This document shows positions 41,701 to 56,753 of a stretch of 64,000 bases of DNA, piece after piece; the first letter of the stretch is position 1; each line of letters opens with the position of its first letter. The stretch comes from Octopus vulgaris. Taxonomy: Eukaryota. The position numbers were made by a program, and so were the translations under genes. The notes below the pieces were generated by a model that was not told the origin of the DNA, did no database searches, and saw nothing but the letters and a program-made list of their open reading frames with translations. The stretch lies in contig OX597817.1 of the NCBI GenBank assembly GCA_951406725.2, positions 23,808,001 to 23,872,000 of the forward strand. Reading direction: 5' to 3'.

Positions 41701-42110
41701 AACAAAATAAAACCATCGATTGTGTTGTCTCCGTGTGCAGTCTTCTTGTGCCTACTGAGTATCTCAACAGGCATGGCAGAGCTGCACAATATATTCACTG
41801 GGTAATTTGCAATTGCCAAGACCTGCCCCATGATAAAAACTGGTGGGAACACAAAACACCTCCAGTGCTTGAAAATGATCACATCTAACCCCTCTGGAAC
41901 TTCACCATTCAAACTGACAGAAAGATAAATGTGAATAGGCCAGACATCATATTGAAAAACTCAAGACTAAAAAAATACCTGTTGTCATAGGTGCCGTAGA
42001 AATGAGAGCAAAATGGGCTGATTGCCATCTAGCTCAGATACCAGCATACCCTAAAATGGCAGATGTTCAAAAGCTAGTGCTTATGGGAACTTCCCATATC
42101 CTACGTAAAA
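38770..42110 (+). mobile_element. Third R4/Dong-like family, near full length but heavily decayed
   Basis: RPYLGSNKLAKVRGNI (cf. RPYLDENKLANVRRDI), WKSSGKDKIPNFWL, HLIYMDDLKL, EGFVIAAQDQ, CRVC, VQKLVLMGTSHILRK. Many stops and frameshifts; 3' UTR replaced by SINEs. Confidence 0.88.
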
Positions 42111-42530
42111 TTAGATCGACTCCAGTATGCAGCTGGTATTTATTTTGGTATTTATTTTGAAAGGCGTTGAGCTGGCAGAAACGTTAGCACGCTGGGTGAA
42201 ATACTTAGCGGTATTTCGTCTGCTGTTACGTTCTGAGTTCAAATTCCGCCGAGGTCGACTTTGCCTTTCATCCTTTCGGGGTCGATAAATTAAGTACCAG
42301 TTACGCACTGGGGTCGATATAAACGACTTAATCCATCTCTCTGTCCTTGTTTGTCTCCTCTGTGTTTAGCCCCTTGTGGGTAGTAAAGAAATAGATATTT
42401 ATTTTGAAGGTAAAGATTGAAAGGTAAAGTCGATCTCGGCGGAATTTGGACCCAGAACACACACAAAAAAGAGAGGAAATACCATAATTCATTTCGCACG
42501 AGGTGCTAAAGGTACTTCCAGCTCGCCGCC
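42111..42530. mobile_element. Nested family A SINEs: a + copy (42163-42394) inside an older - copy
   Basis: The + copy is flanked by the direct repeat TATTTATTTTGAA (TSD-like). Minus-strand SINE pieces lie on both sides. Confidence 0.8.
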
Positions 42531-42552
42531 TTAATAATAATGATGATAATAT

Positions 42553-42583
<31 letters not shown>

Positions 42584-42594
42584 AAGAAGAAGAA

Positions 42595-42626
<32 letters not shown>

Positions 42627-43354
42627 AGAAGATGACTTTCACAAAATCACATCAATTCTACACTGATGAATAATTCATCGTGTCAAGCAGATATATAATA
42701 TTTTTAATATCGTAGGTCAAATAATAGCTTTTCCCTTCCCCATGTTGATTTGAAATTCTTAGTTTTGTTCTGCCAATAAAACATATTTTTTTGGTTTCTT
42801 TCATATGATCAAGAACAGTCTATTTACCATGCCTTCTGGCACACAAATATACTATGAAATCAATAGAAACATGACATGTTGATGTTCTTTTTATAGTTTA
42901 TCCAAAGTCTGATCTGACTGAACAGACCTATGATGAAAGATGTTTGAGTTCAAGGCATGAGGCAATATTTGTATATAACAGCAACTACATTACTCGTTGT
43001 GTCCTTTATGTAAGACAAGATGATGACATCTGAAGATTTTTTTCTGCTATAACCAGCGGGCTTAGTTTTCTGCCAGCTGCATATCAGGAAAGTAAAACTG
43101 AAAGATGTGTGTAGATGCTGATACAGTAAAATAATAATGGCGACTGGTTCTGGTGCAACAGTTTTGGGGGATTATTAAGTTAGTTATATGCGATGCAGTT
43201 TATAGCGATGTCTTAAAATGACAAGATTATAAAATAAGACGTCGATCAAAAGATGACTTGTTGAATTGCGCATTAAATCTTAAGCATAAAAGATAGGCGA
43301 AAGGGGTGATTAGATATATACTTAAATAGACTGACATATGTGTGTGTGTGGATA

Positions 43355-43700
43355 GGAGCAGGCGTGTCTGTGTTGTAAGAAGATTGCTTCACAACTACAA
43401 GTGTCTCCTACTATAGCCTTGGGGCTACCGAAAACTTGTGAATGGATTTGGTAGACGAAAACCGAAAGAAACCCGTCGTGTATATATGTATATATATATA
43501 TATGGAGAATTCACGAAAACACAAAAGACGAAGACAGGTGGAGTAGAAAACAAACAGATGTATTAATATAATGCTCGGAAATTTAAAAAGTCTTGAACGT
43601 TTCGAGCCTAGGCTCTTCCACAGTAAGGAACACAGAAAGAAACAAGGAGAGAAGCAAAATGTGTGTACTGGCTACCGATCTATCATGGCGAATGCCGGAC

Positions 43701-43743
<43 letters not shown>

Positions 43744-43950
43744 TGCATTTGTCCTACCATCACCATCGTTTGACAACCGATCTTGGTGTGTTTACGTAAC
43801 CGTAACTTAGCGGGTCGGCAAAAGAGACTTATAGAATAAGTACTAGGCTTGCAAAGAATACTCCTGAAGGAGATATGTTCAACTACAACCCCCTAAGGTG
43901 GTGCTCCAGTATGGCAACAATCAGATGAATAAAACAACTAAAAAGAATAG
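43355..43950 (+). mobile_element. Family B SINE with an HHR element inserted in its internal microsatellite
   Basis: Head at 43355-43480 and tail at 43740-43950, separated by the 43504-43653 insert. Confidence 0.8.
43504..43653 (-). mobile_element. Short HHR-bearing element, copy 4
   Basis: Minus strand CTGTGGA-A-GAGC-ctag-GCTC-GAA-ACGT-T at about 43591-43627. Ends TTCGTGAATTCTCC-(AT)n. Confidence 0.75.
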
Positions 43951-44002
43951 AAAGAAGATAGATAGATTGGTAGATAGATAGATAGATAGATAGATAGGTA
44001 GG

Positions 44003-44047
<45 letters not shown>

Positions 44048-44322
44048 CAATTTGGGACAATGTGACTATCCCCAAGTATTACAAAATCAATTTGTCTTTT
44101 ATCTAAATATTTAGATAACTCTGTCGTGTATCAACTTGTATAACATACTTTGTATCTTTTATCTATCACGAGTATGTATACCAAATTAATGTATAAACAT
44201 TATAAACTATATCTACGGTATTTAAAAGCTCAATTATTGACAAAATAGAGTAATTTTGCCGCGAGTAATACGATAACTGAGAGCAACATACTATGAATAG
44301 TACAAAAATGAGTAAAGTTAGA

Positions 44323-44560
44323 TATGATTAAATAGTTTTCAACATCTATTTCAATGGAGCAGTAACATTATCATATATATAATTAAGAGGTTAATATATT
44401 TTTAATTTAGTTGTTTTCCACAGATGTTTCTGTCGAAAAAAATTATTGTCATTGATATAAGATTAAGTATTAAATGTGTATATTAATTATGTAACTTCAT
44501 TAATGTTAATGTTTTTTACTCCATTGAAACAGCTGTCAAAAACAATTAAGTTAAGTATCA
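44323..44560. repeat. Diverged inverted repeat containing an HHR 3' half
   Basis: TTTCAATGGAG..AACATTA at about 44349-44370 pairs with TAATGTT..CTCCATTGAAA at about 44507-44530. The right arm continues GAAACAGCTGTC. Confidence 0.6.
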
Positions 44561-45935
44561 TATGTAAAATTTACATGTTTGCTGTTTACTACTCTAAATA
44601 GGTATATATTCAGCTACATCAGCCTGTTATATATACGGTTAAACATTGAAAACTAAATGAGCAACGAATCGTTTATTGTATATTCTATACTCTTATTATT
44701 TTGTCATTTTGTCTCATTTTGCTTAGAATATTTTTTCCTATATGTACTTTAATTCATTTTTCACTGATGTGTTTAACACTATGTTTTTTTTTAACCAAAT
44801 ACCTGTGATAAAAGAGAATAGATGTACAATCAAGTATCGACTAACACCCTTCCCATCAAAACTTGCTAGCCTCATGCCTTAATCAGAAACCCTTATTATT
44901 ACAAAGAAGGACAGTTGATTAGCATAATCGTTGAAGTGGTATTTGCTTTTTGCATCCTAAGATCAATACCCACCGCGATTAACTTTGCCTTTCATCCTTC
45001 TGGAACTAGGTCGATACCATCGACAACACGCACCACGATAATTTCTTGCTTTGTGCGTAATGCAGTAACAGTTATTATTGATGTTGAAGGTATTTTGGAA
45101 CTGATAATGAAAGTTGCAAACAACCAGCATGTGATACAAGCAATTTCAAGGCTAATACTTATACACAACAAGGAGAAATTAGAATTTGTAGTTGTGGTAC
45201 ATAGAGGTTCGGTGCATTCAATAAACGATACTAAGAAAATGCAATACAAAACGCTTGCCCAACTTATGATAGAATGAATATTCGACCACTAAGGAATTTA
45301 TGTACATTCTCAACATATTTCAGAATACATTTATATGGAGTCACATGTTGGTATTGTCAGCAATCCCATTCAACGGTTTTTCAACAAATACGACGCAACG
45401 GAAAATATTTTGGAAGTTTTACACTAAAAATGCTCCAGAGGGACTCTTCTTTTACTGAGATTTTCATTTTTAACTACGTTATGATGCTTATAGATTTTAA
45501 AACGGAATTAAAAAGGTTTTCACATTCTTCATCTAATTGTTATCTAACAATGACTTTAAACGATCTGTTTATGCATTGTTGATATTAGTAGTGGATTGAC
45601 TTTCCATAAAACGTATTATGAAAAGGCTTTAAGACATTGTAATAGTAACTATGCTCGGAAAAGACAAGAAAGATAATGTGTATGTACTATAGAATAATTC
45701 GAGAATCTTAGAACGAATTGAATATGGAGATAGATGATGTATGTCTACAATCGCACATGCAATCATACATAAAAACACGCATACACACACACATGCATGC
45801 ACACAGACGCACACACGCATGCACACACTTACACACACACATACACACAAAAAAACCATACTCATCGCTTTTGGTATATGGTATTTCTCTCTCTTTCACT
45901 AATACTATATACATATATGTGTATGTGTCTCCCTA

Positions 45936-45990
<55 letters not shown>

Positions 45991-46069
45991 ATACATATAT
46001 ATATATATATGTATGTATAAATATATGCATGTACACAATGTATATAGATAGATAGACAAACAGACAGTC

Positions 46070-46143
<74 letters not shown>

Positions 46144-46479
46144 ATAGATAGATATATACATATAGGTAAGCTTTATACTTACATATATATATGCATTATA
46201 TAAGTGTGCGTGTGTATGTATTATATATATGTGTGTGTGTGTATGTATGTATGTATGTATGTATGTATGCATGTATGGATATATGTAAACACGCTAACTC
46301 AGTCACACCTGCTTTCAGTTTCATGGGCGCAGAATACGGACACATTCCCAGATATGCATTTGTCTTTCGATACACATGCATGTATATGTGTGTGTGTGTG
46401 TGTGCATGCGCATGTGTGTCTGCGTGTGTGCAAAAAAGGTTATAACTATTACTATAAAAAATCAATATACACGAGGATA

Positions 46480-47100
46480 GAGAAATAGCATTCCATAAAT
46501 TACAAAACCAACCAGAATCATAAAGTGGTTGCTTACTAGAGGAGAAAGCAATATTAATTCTCAAGCACAAAAGCAGCAGTATCTTCCAAATTATACAGAG
46601 CACTAACATATTTACATATGAGAAAGCTTGACATTTATAATTTCAAACAAGCTGGCTGTTCATCTGAAAAGTAATAACATCTTACAAGAGAGGAACACAA
46701 TGATGTCGGGAAGGGATGAATTGGTTAAAAGAAGTTATTCAAGACGGCAATAGCGAAAGAAAAAAAAAACGTGTATGCAAAACCTGGATTAAATATATAA
46801 AAGCTTTAGACAACATGATGCAGTTTTAGATATTGAAGCTATGTACATTAGCAAAAAGAAAATAACTCAATACCGTAACAGAGTATCAGCCTTACCATGT
46901 GAAATTGTAAAACATCAATATTCAGCGTAATATAAGGTCAAGCCTTATCAGTATAAAAAAGGAATTTTTCAGCAAACATCCTTGTTCTCTCTACACTTTT
47001 GTCAAGTTCTGATTCTATTAACAAATGAACAGTTTCGAATTGCTTGTGTTTACATATTCTGTACAAAAAAAGCATTAAGTGAGTAGGCATACTTTATAAT
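46480..47100 (+). pseudogene. Ancient R4/Dong-like RT fragment
   Basis: TWI.YIKALDN (cf. AWIDYKKAFDS) and KKGIFQQTSLFSLHFC (cf. GIFQGDSLSPLIFC), in the expected order. Confidence 0.6.
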
Positions 47101-47584
47101 CTTATGCCAATGTAAAAATATTGCCTTCTTGTCCCGTATCGATTCTGCCATTCATTGCACCAAAAATCTGTTTCTGATGTAGGCACAGGACTACCAATTA
47201 TGAAGGAAAAGAATTAATCGACACTTTCAAGCAGCACTTTAATATATCGGCCCCGGCGTGAAAAAAGGCAAAGCTTATCCGGTAAGATGTTCAATCAGAT
47301 CGTACCGTATCAAAAGATATACCACACGGTATTTTGTCCTCTGATCTGTTAATTCTGCTAATTCGTAGATTATAAAAATATTTCGAATTTAGACATATGG
47401 ACAGCAATTTATTGAAAAGGGATTAGCCGATTAAATTCAGTACTTGATCGGTACTATATTTTATAGATGAGATTTTATGTTATAAAGTACAGAGCAAGAA
47501 AAACGCCTTTGAGTTTTTGCCCGACTCCCTGACGATGTTGACTATTCAACGTTATTCATCAGATAATGTTTTGTATGCAAGTAG

Positions 47585-47920
47585 CTGAGACATCCATCGG
47601 GCATGACTGACCATGGGCTTGCACCTAGAAAGTTACCCTCCCAGGCACAAGTCCGAGCAAGGTTATTTATGGAAGACCAGCAGTCGCCCATGCATTCCGC
47701 CTTCCCCTATCCATGCCACCATTGATATCCAAGGGAAAGACAAAGGCCGATACAGCTTGACACTTGTGACGCTGCAACTCATTTCTACAGCTGAGTGAAA
47801 TGGAGCAATGTGAAATAAAGTGTCTTGTTCAAGAAAACAACACGCAGCCCGGTCCGGGATTCGAACTCACAACGTCACGATCGTAAGCTCGACGCTCAAA
47901 TCACTGAGACATGCGCCTTC
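47585..47920 (-). mobile_element. tRNA-derived CORE-type SINE, family D
   Basis: Minus strand GAAGGCGCATGTCTCAGTG...GTGAGTTCGAATCCCGG (A and B boxes), then a CTTGAACAAGACACTTTA core. Confidence 0.8.
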
Positions 47921-48549
47921 ATATATGCAAGTACAAGGTTAGAATTTTATAGCGATGAGTTCAGTCGATTGCGTCGATCCCAGTACAGGTTTGGTACTTT
48001 ATTATATCAGCCTCGAGAAGAAAAGCAAAGTTAACCTTGACCGGAGTTGCTTTAAGATTGTAAAGTGCCGGAACAAAAATAGCTCTAAGAATGTTATCCA
48101 CCCTCTACTCTTCACTCTACAACTATTTTTACTCACTTCTTTCCAGTATCACAAATTATACAATGCACTTTCTGTAGATTTCAAACAACATTATTTTCTG
48201 GATAATCCCTAAATAGAAAAACAGAACTCACACAGAACACCTTCTAGATAATCTTCATGCACTAAAATAACGCATCATAACGCATTACATTTTCGACACC
48301 TGACACTATAGCCAGCATGCCAGAAAACGCATATTCTAGAAAAGTACATAAGAAGCATAATCATTATTTAACTAACAAGATATTAGTCACATCTTATATA
48401 CGCAATTAGTTGACAATAAAATAACACAATAGATACTATTATATAACCAACTTTTAATATAACACATTCAACAAACAAGTAAAATCTCACACAAGACATA
48501 GCATACACAAATGCGTTGAGAATTGTAATCACCACATAACATATCATTA

Positions 48550-48937
48550 GGCGTAGGAGTGGCTGTGTGGTAAGTAGCTTGCTTACCAACCACATGGCTC
48601 CGGGTTCAGTCTTTTACTATAGCCTCGGGCCGACCAAAACCTTGCGAGTTGATTTGGTAGACGGAAACTGAAAGAAGCCCGTTGTATATATGTATGTATA
48701 TATATATGTGTGTGTATATGTTTGTGTGTCTGTGTTTGTCCCTCAGCATCACTTGACAACCGATGCTGGTGTGTTTACATTCCCGTAACTTAGCGGTTCG
48801 GTAAAAAAGAACGATAGAGTAAGTACTAGGCCTAGAAAGAATAAGTTCTGGGGTCGATTTGCTCGACTAAAGGCGGTGCTCCAGCATGGCCACAGTCAAA
48901 TGACTGAAACAGGTAAACGAGTAAAAGATTAAAGAGT
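48550..48937 (+). mobile_element. Family B SINE with a short deletion after the B box
   Basis: Highly similar to 22170-22553. Confidence 0.9.
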
Positions 48938-49291
48938 ATAGCATAACCCAAATACCTCGTGTTAACAAAACAAACAAACAAAACATTAGTTTAATAAAAA
49001 TAATAAAATAAACACCCCCAACTCAAATCATTTTACATAAAACATTGAAAAACTGATCATTTTAAAAGTGACATCGATCAAATTACACATCCTCGGATCT
49101 AGATGTGAAGACTAAGCGATTAAACGGACAGCAGAAACTGTGTGGTTCTTATCTTATGAAATCCGCAATAATAAAAGGCAAAGTTGATGCCGGAGAGATT
49201 TGAACATAAATATGACATTAGACGAAAGCCTAAATGCTGCCAGACAATTTACCTTGAACCTTACCGACTCAGGAAATTTATTATATTTATA

Positions 49292-49672
49292 GGAGGCGCA
49301 ATGGCCCAGTGGTTAGGGCAGCGGACTCGCGGTCATAGGATCACGGTTTCGATTCCCAGACTGGGCGTTGTGAGTGTTTATTGAGCGAAAACACCTAAAG
49401 CTCCACGAGGCTCCGGCAGGGGATGGTGGTGATCCCTGCTGTACTCTTTCACCACAACTTTCTCTCACACTTACTTCCTGTTTCTGTTGTACCTGTATTT
49501 CAAAGGGCCGGCCTTGTCACTCTCTGTGTCACGCTGAATATCCTCGAAAACTATGTTAAGGGTACACATGTCTGTGGAGTGCTCAGCCACTTACACGTTA
49601 ATTTCACGAGCAGGCTGTTCCGTTGATTCGGATCAACCGGAACCCTCGTCGTCGTAACCGACGGAGTGCTTC
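49292..49672 (+). mobile_element. tRNA-derived SINE, family C (possibly tRNA-Arg head)
   Basis: GGAGGCGCAATGGCCCAGTGGTTAGGGC A box, GGTTTCGATTCCC B box, body shared with 24007-24135, 3' hairpin CGTCG-TAAC-CGACG. Confidence 0.85.
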
Positions 49673-50305
49673 CCATCCACTATATTTATAAAATTTACCC
49701 CCGAAGAAGAAACGCAGTATTCATGAAATTTTTCTACTACCTAAAAATCAAACGGAGAAACATGATGGAAGTAACCATTATTGGTGTGTTAATATGAAAC
49801 CGAAGACTTTGTCAAAATGCCTGCAACTGTGTGGAGTTTTTTTAATGGCGCAAAAGATGAAGTGATAGGATGTTAAATCGGACAAGAAATCAAGGTGTCC
49901 GTGTAAGAATATATGAAGATCATCACCGCAAGAAATTTTACTTGGTGCTACCCAAGATAACGAGAGAAAACAGGAAGATGAACATATGATAAAACGGGGA
50001 ACAAAATGACGGCAAAATAAACATTCTAGCCACAGTGACATGCATGTATATAATCATACAAACAAGAGTGTGAAGAGGAAAGAGAAGTGGAAGAAAGAAA
50101 GAACGAAAGAAAAAGAAGAAAGAGAAGGGGAGGAGGAGGAGGACGCAGATGAGGATGCAGATGAAGAGGAAGTGGAGGAGAGGAGGCGGTTTTCTTGAAT
50201 TAAACATGAGTTCTTTGGAAACTTGAATTAAAAGTTTTGCTCAAACACCCTCGACGGTCATGCTTTGTTTACTTAATGCGTGACTTAGCCACACCGTTTG
50301 TGTGA

Positions 50306-50344
<39 letters not shown>

Positions 50345-50412
50345 ATAGATGGATAGATAGATATAGATGTATATACATATATATATATATATATATATAG
50401 ATATATATATAT

Positions 50413-50501
<89 letters not shown>

Positions 50502-51789
50502 GTATACCTACAGGCTTATGTAAAAACATTCATACACACATAGATTTATGCATATATGCACGTATATGTGTGTGTGTGTATACGCACACACACACACACA
50601 CACATACACATATGTAATGTATGTACGGATGTATACATTGGCCTAACAACCTTGATTTTTTACATTTTGGAATGTTCCCTCGTGATTTTTGTTATATATT
50701 TTGCATTATATTTTCCTGTTGTTAAGTATATCTTTGCACGATCTACTTTTTTTTTCTATGGAAATGGTCATTCACGTTTTGCTTTCCCCTTTTCTCCTAT
50801 TCTCTGATAGCTTCTTTCTCATTCTTTTTTTCTTTTCATTGTAATTCTGTAGTTGCTATTTACATTCGATGACATAATAACCAATGTGAATCGAAAGAAT
50901 GCAGTCATCCAAAAAGAAATATGGTTTGGTGTTCGCTCACCCATGTAATGCGATTATATGCAGTTTTTTCTTTTCCTACGAGTCAGCTGAATCTGGGCAT
51001 CAATTTCTTCCCCTTCTCGAATTCCTCTCCAGTTCTTATGTTTCTCTTTCTCTTTTTTTTCGCTATCCCCTCTTCCCGCAACCACCACCACCATGCCACT
51101 CTCGCTTTCTCATATCTAAGCACATGTATAAATGCATGAAATGCCACGGATTATAATTAACTTGTTTCCTGTTATTAATTTCCTCTTGTTTTGATTCTAT
51201 TGTATGTCGCCCCCTCTTCGTTGAATATTTTTCTCGTTCTTCTTACAATGATAGTCTAAGATGGGCCAGTTAATATTCAGACTTTTGCTAAACTCTTTAA
51301 AACACGCAACTCCAAAAAGTCGATCTAAACTGAGCATTCAGAGAGAATCTTATTTTTCACTTTGACACCGTACCCTTTCCACGTCTATTTAAGACATTTG
51401 CTCATCCAAGAGTTCACGTAAACACACACACATAGAAAAAAAACAAGCACATACAGGCGTGTTTATATTTATTTATGCTTATATAAATATATACTTGTAT
51501 GTGTGTGTATATATCAGTTTTCTTACGTATTATATCATCTGTTGAAAATCTACCGTTTTGCCCTTAGAGGAGCCCAGTTACAACATTCGAGGTTGGAACA
51601 TCCGTGGACAGTCAATTTGATTTAACACACATATTTAGAAGATAATGCTTTCAACACATGAAATATATCCCCCATGTCTTTTACCAATGTCTCTACTAAT
51701 ATTAATAATAAGGATTACTGGTAATCGTTTTGATGGTAATCCATTACCATTAACACACAGGCCCTCACACACACACACGCGCGCAAGCG

Positions 51790-51843
<54 letters not shown>

Positions 51844-51985
51844 AACACACATATATAAAGTTTCTACCTTTAAAGTTTGAACGTTTTTACTTGTGCAATC
51901 TTTTGCTACCCTGGTAACTATTTATAATTTTTCCTTGTTAACAAAGAAAATATACACATCTATATATATATACATATACATATAT

Positions 51986-52190
51986 GTGACCTCGTGAGTA
52001 CCACCGGCGATTTTTTTTCCTCTGTCTTCCCTTCTCGGGATCTTTCCTTCTCCTATGTTTCCGACGAAGAGCTCCGCTCGAAACGTTAAACCCTCCTTCT
52101 TCCCTTCTTTCCTGTGCGTCCAATAATACTTTATTTGTTCCACGTCCTCGCGTTGTTGTGTTTTTTTGTTTTTTTCTGTTTTCTTATTTA
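51986..52190 (+). mobile_element. Short HHR-bearing element, related subfamily, between TA-rich repeats
   Basis: gttt-CCGACGA-A-GAGC-tcc-GCTC-GAA-ACGT-T-aaac at 52057-52091. The downstream TTCCTGTGCGT..AATA block is homologous to copies 1-4. Confidence 0.75.
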
Positions 52191-52191
52191 G

Positions 52192-52252
<61 letters not shown>

Positions 52253-55193
52253 AAAGTAAATGTTTAATGATATATATATAAGTAAATGTTTATGTAGATA
52301 TATATAAGTAAATGTTCATATGTATGCATATATGTGTACATACATATATAGATACATGCTTGTACAGGTACGGGTGTACATGCATGTATGTATATAAGTG
52401 ATGGGCTTGCGCACAATTTCTGTGTACAAAATTTCCCTCACACACCATTCACTTCGTCGACGTGAAAATATGGTAAAATAAAATTTTCTGAATATCATTT
52501 CTTGTTACATTGAACCCGCTACCTTTTTATTGCGAGGTGTACTTCTTAATCATAAAACAAGAACCTTTGAGGAAGGCTTAATCAGTTCATTTTTCACTCA
52601 ACCTAATATCATGCCCATTCGTAATTATGCTCGAACAAGGCCAACCTTTGTGCAAACAATAGCAAGAACATCTTTTTGTACACCACTTTCTTTGTAGTCA
52701 CACTCATTGTCAAGCATCTTCTTTCCTCAGAAGACTTCAATTCTAAACTTTGATCAATTTTAGTTCCTTCTTAGAATGATTTACTAGGACTTTGCATAAT
52801 ATGACACGCTTATGATGCTACATCTATATCTCTGTTGAACTTTCGTTGATTTAATGTCTACCATTTCTCCTAAACGTTATTAATGAAAAGTTTTATAGAA
52901 TTCATGTTGTAGCATAATTACCCATGTTACAGACTAATTAAATCTTGTGCGATTCTAAGTTTCTGTAAAATTTTGCTGCTGCTAAGGAATGATATATTCC
53001 ACTTATCTCTAATACAGTATATTTTCAAAAGCTCTTCTAGCTTCCATGTCAAGTAATTTTTCTTCTTTCTCCGCTGACTTAGATTACAGTTGTATCAAAT
53101 TTGATATACTCCGAATTAGTTACGGATTATCTACATACCCGATCGACCTGTAAAAAAACAACAACGATTTCTCTCAAATTACACTCGGTCATCTTGAAAA
53201 GGATAACACAGACTCGATAACGTGGTGCATCCGTAACTAGAACGTAAAGCTAACTCTCGTCGAACTCATCTTCTCTATAGCTTTGAGCTTTGTCTTTCAA
53301 GAACTATCTTTCTTGACTGTACCTTTCTTTTTTGTCTCACAATTATGACTGACCCATTCAAATATAGTATAAAATACGACTAATATAGTGTAAGTACTTG
53401 ATTTCTTTTTTTTTTTTGCATTTACCTTTATATCCCCAAGTCATACACAAATTCTCTTCACTTGCTTGAATACAAAAGATATTTCCTATGAATAGTCCAT
53501 TACATTTTCCATACAATAATCTTAGTACTTTGAGAATTTTACTGAACTCGTCCTCCTTCATCATGTTATTATTGACAAACCTATTCAATATCTCGAGGAT
53601 TTTATTCGGATTTTTTCTAGTTTCATATGAAGCTTCATACGGATTCCAATTTTAACTTCAATTCCCATGTGTGTGTGCATGTTTGTGTGTAAGCGTGCGC
53701 GTGAGTGCGTGAGTGCGTGCATGCACGTGCAGCCTATGATTTGCTAACTTAATGCAGTAAAGAACATGATTGTTTTGCAAAGTAGTTTACAACGATTACT
53801 GTCTTTCCATGCATAATACATCACATGTTATATTACGTGATACCATTAATTATATTGCATTTATATCCCAAACATGTACAATAATTTCTTTCGTTCCACT
53901 ACATTGTAAAAATTACGTTCTCATTCACATTTATTTACGTGGTACATATATGCTATTACACCATCAAACACCCACAAAATGTATGAGTCTTGATCAAGAA
54001 ATATCGTTCGGAGCGTGTGGTTCTGGCTTCCACAAAGTATTTTATGAAATTCTTCTTTTAAAGTATTGCGAGTGTATTTCTGCATTTTTTTAACGCTGCG
54101 TTTTAGTAGATGAAAATGTTTCATTGTTTCGAGTAGTTTCATCAGTTTTAAATCTTGAAAAAGATAGTCTGTTAAGTGCCTGACTTGCTTTCTTTTCTTA
54201 CTCTAGCTTATCCATTCAGAAAGTCAATGTGACTATTTGCGCTGTTTTCTTCATAGATTAAAAGAATATATGATTTTGAAGTTAATAGATTAGTGGACAA
54301 TATAACTGACATCTTTCTACTGACACGTTTAGATTTCGACAAACGATAGTGAATCTTAGTTGTTTCCTTTTCCAGTTATTCTGAATAATTGCCTATTATT
54401 AATAAAACATCTTTTTAAAACTGATGTTGCGATATTATTAGCAAAGTAGGGAAGTTACCAATATTTAGCAATGAAAATTCGTGAGAAATGAAAGAAGAAA
54501 AATATGCTCATAGAAAAAAGTTGATCACAAAATGGTGAGCTTGTTGTTTAGTCAACTGTCCGCCATGATCGAGAATTGTTCAGACATACCATTTCTCATA
54601 TGTCTAGAACAGTTCAACTACTTTTAACACCCATTTGGTAGGAGTTACGTCTAGAAAAATTTGAAAAAATAATACTACTCTTATAGATTTCAAACTTTCA
54701 TAATTATTGTATCTGATATTATTTATGAATTTAAAATCTTCTGCACATTACATTTATAATTGTCTTTGTTTAATAATTTGCGTTTGTGGTAAATCACAAA
54801 TTATTCTCTACGGCAATTCCTGTAACGCTCGCTCGTTTTCATTTTATTTTCTACGGTCGATTAAAGTTGGTGGTTTGCGGAATTTTTATATTATGGGATT
54901 AAAAACAATATTGTATTTGGTTTCCACTTTCTGCGCTCTGGGTTGAACTCCCACCCAGGTTTCCTACACTCTATGTTTCTAGGCCGGGTCTTCTTGACGG
55001 TCAATGTTTATTGAGGATCAGGGTTACATATTGTCTTTGTCAGCAATATTTTAAAGGTAATCGTGTGTATTATAGGATTACACATTCTAGCGCAGAAAAC
55101 GACAATGTTCCGAAGTGAGCACACAAACGAATAAAAAAATGCTATATGTGTGTATGTTTTTGTGTGTGCATGCGTCTGTGTTTATATGTATGC

Positions 55194-55226
<33 letters not shown>

Positions 55227-56229
55227 TGTATGTATGTATGTATGTATGTATGTATGTATGTATGTATGCATGTATGCCACAAGCTGAATGCGTTCAATTT
55301 CCTATGTAAAGTAATTTGCATGGATCCCGAATTTCTTAAAATTGTTATTGGATTTAAAATCTAAACTTCTGCGACGTTCTTAGCGAACGTGTTCAATAAA
55401 CATGAAATGAATCGAATTTAGAGAGTTATTGTATGCTATGTGTTTTAAATTACCGATCTATTTCCAGTGTTTTGCTTTCATATCATAATATATTATAAAA
55501 TATATCCACAGATTTCATTCAGCAGTGAGTCCAATATTTAAACTTAAAAAATTACCCAAATACTTCGTTTTGTTATTTAAAACTGCTTTGTATTCAAATT
55601 AAAGTTTCACACACAGCGTTACCTGAAATATATTGATTTATTTTATATATTTTAGCGTCAAAGCAGTGGAAAATAAAATCAATGACATATTGAAGCAATA
55701 ATGTATAGTAAATTTCTGTGGACGAAATGTGACAGAATCTTCACAAAATTCTATAGCAGCACTCGTGGAAATACAATGAGAATTGTGAACGTTACAATGA
55801 AGCACAGAAACCGATGATGTAAGAAAACAGCTGAAATTTCTAAAACGCAAATTAAATCAAATTTGTTAGGTAAAATTAACTTGTAAGAGTATTTGAATCA
55901 CAAAAAAAATCAATGTTAAAATAAATTTTAACAGAGATATTATATTTCTGACATAAAATAATTGAGTTGAGAACAGCATTCGTAAATCCTTGTTCGTCTT
56001 GCTGCAAATGTTTTTGTGAAAGCTGTTAGTGTGAGGGATCAACAAGTTCCTAAAGGATTCAATTCAGAATGATAATATATGCGAGGACATTTAAGTACAT
56101 CAAATGTGACGACACCATCACCGACAGAGGCATCAATTCAATATGGTTTCCTGTGTTAGGAGACAAATATATATGTGTGTGTGTGTGTGTGTCTGTAAGT
56201 ATGTATGTATGTATGTGTAAATATACATA

Positions 56230-56445
56230 TATGCGTGCATGTGTGTTTATGTATAGGTATCTATATACACGTATGTACATATATATAAATATATACATAT
56301 ATATATATGCATATAGATAGACAGACAAACGGACAGAGAGACAGACAGACAGATAGATACATCTACATCTGTGTAGGTAGATGCATGTGTCTGTGTGCGT
56401 TCGTATGTGTGCGTGTTTTTGTGTGTGTGTAAGTATTATGTATGT

Positions 56446-56494
<49 letters not shown>

Positions 56495-56601
56495 TGTGTG
56501 TGTTTATGTATAGGTATCTATATACACGTATGTACATATATATAAATATATGCATACATATACGTATATAGATAGAGAAACAAACAAACGGACAGACAGA
56601 C

Positions 56602-56682
<81 letters not shown>

Positions 56683-56753
56683 CATCTGCATCTGTGTATT
56701 TAGATGCATAAGTGTGTGTGCATTCGTATGTGTGCACGTTTTTATGTGTGTGT
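56230..56753. repeat. Tandem duplication of a compound-microsatellite block (56230-56430 and 56490-56753)
   Basis: Shared TTATGTATAGGTATCTATATACACGTATGTAC, CAAACGGACAG and TACATCT.CATCTGTGTA anchors. (GATA)n is expanded in copy 2. Confidence 0.85.

Noticed and set aside
49292-49365. Functional tRNA gene (also the heads at 22170, 29640, 47850 and 48550)
   Set aside because: The A and B boxes continue into multi-copy SINE bodies and there is no proper acceptor stem.
55600-56170. Exon-like unique sequence
   Set aside because: Short frames with stops, no motif and no consistent splice pair.
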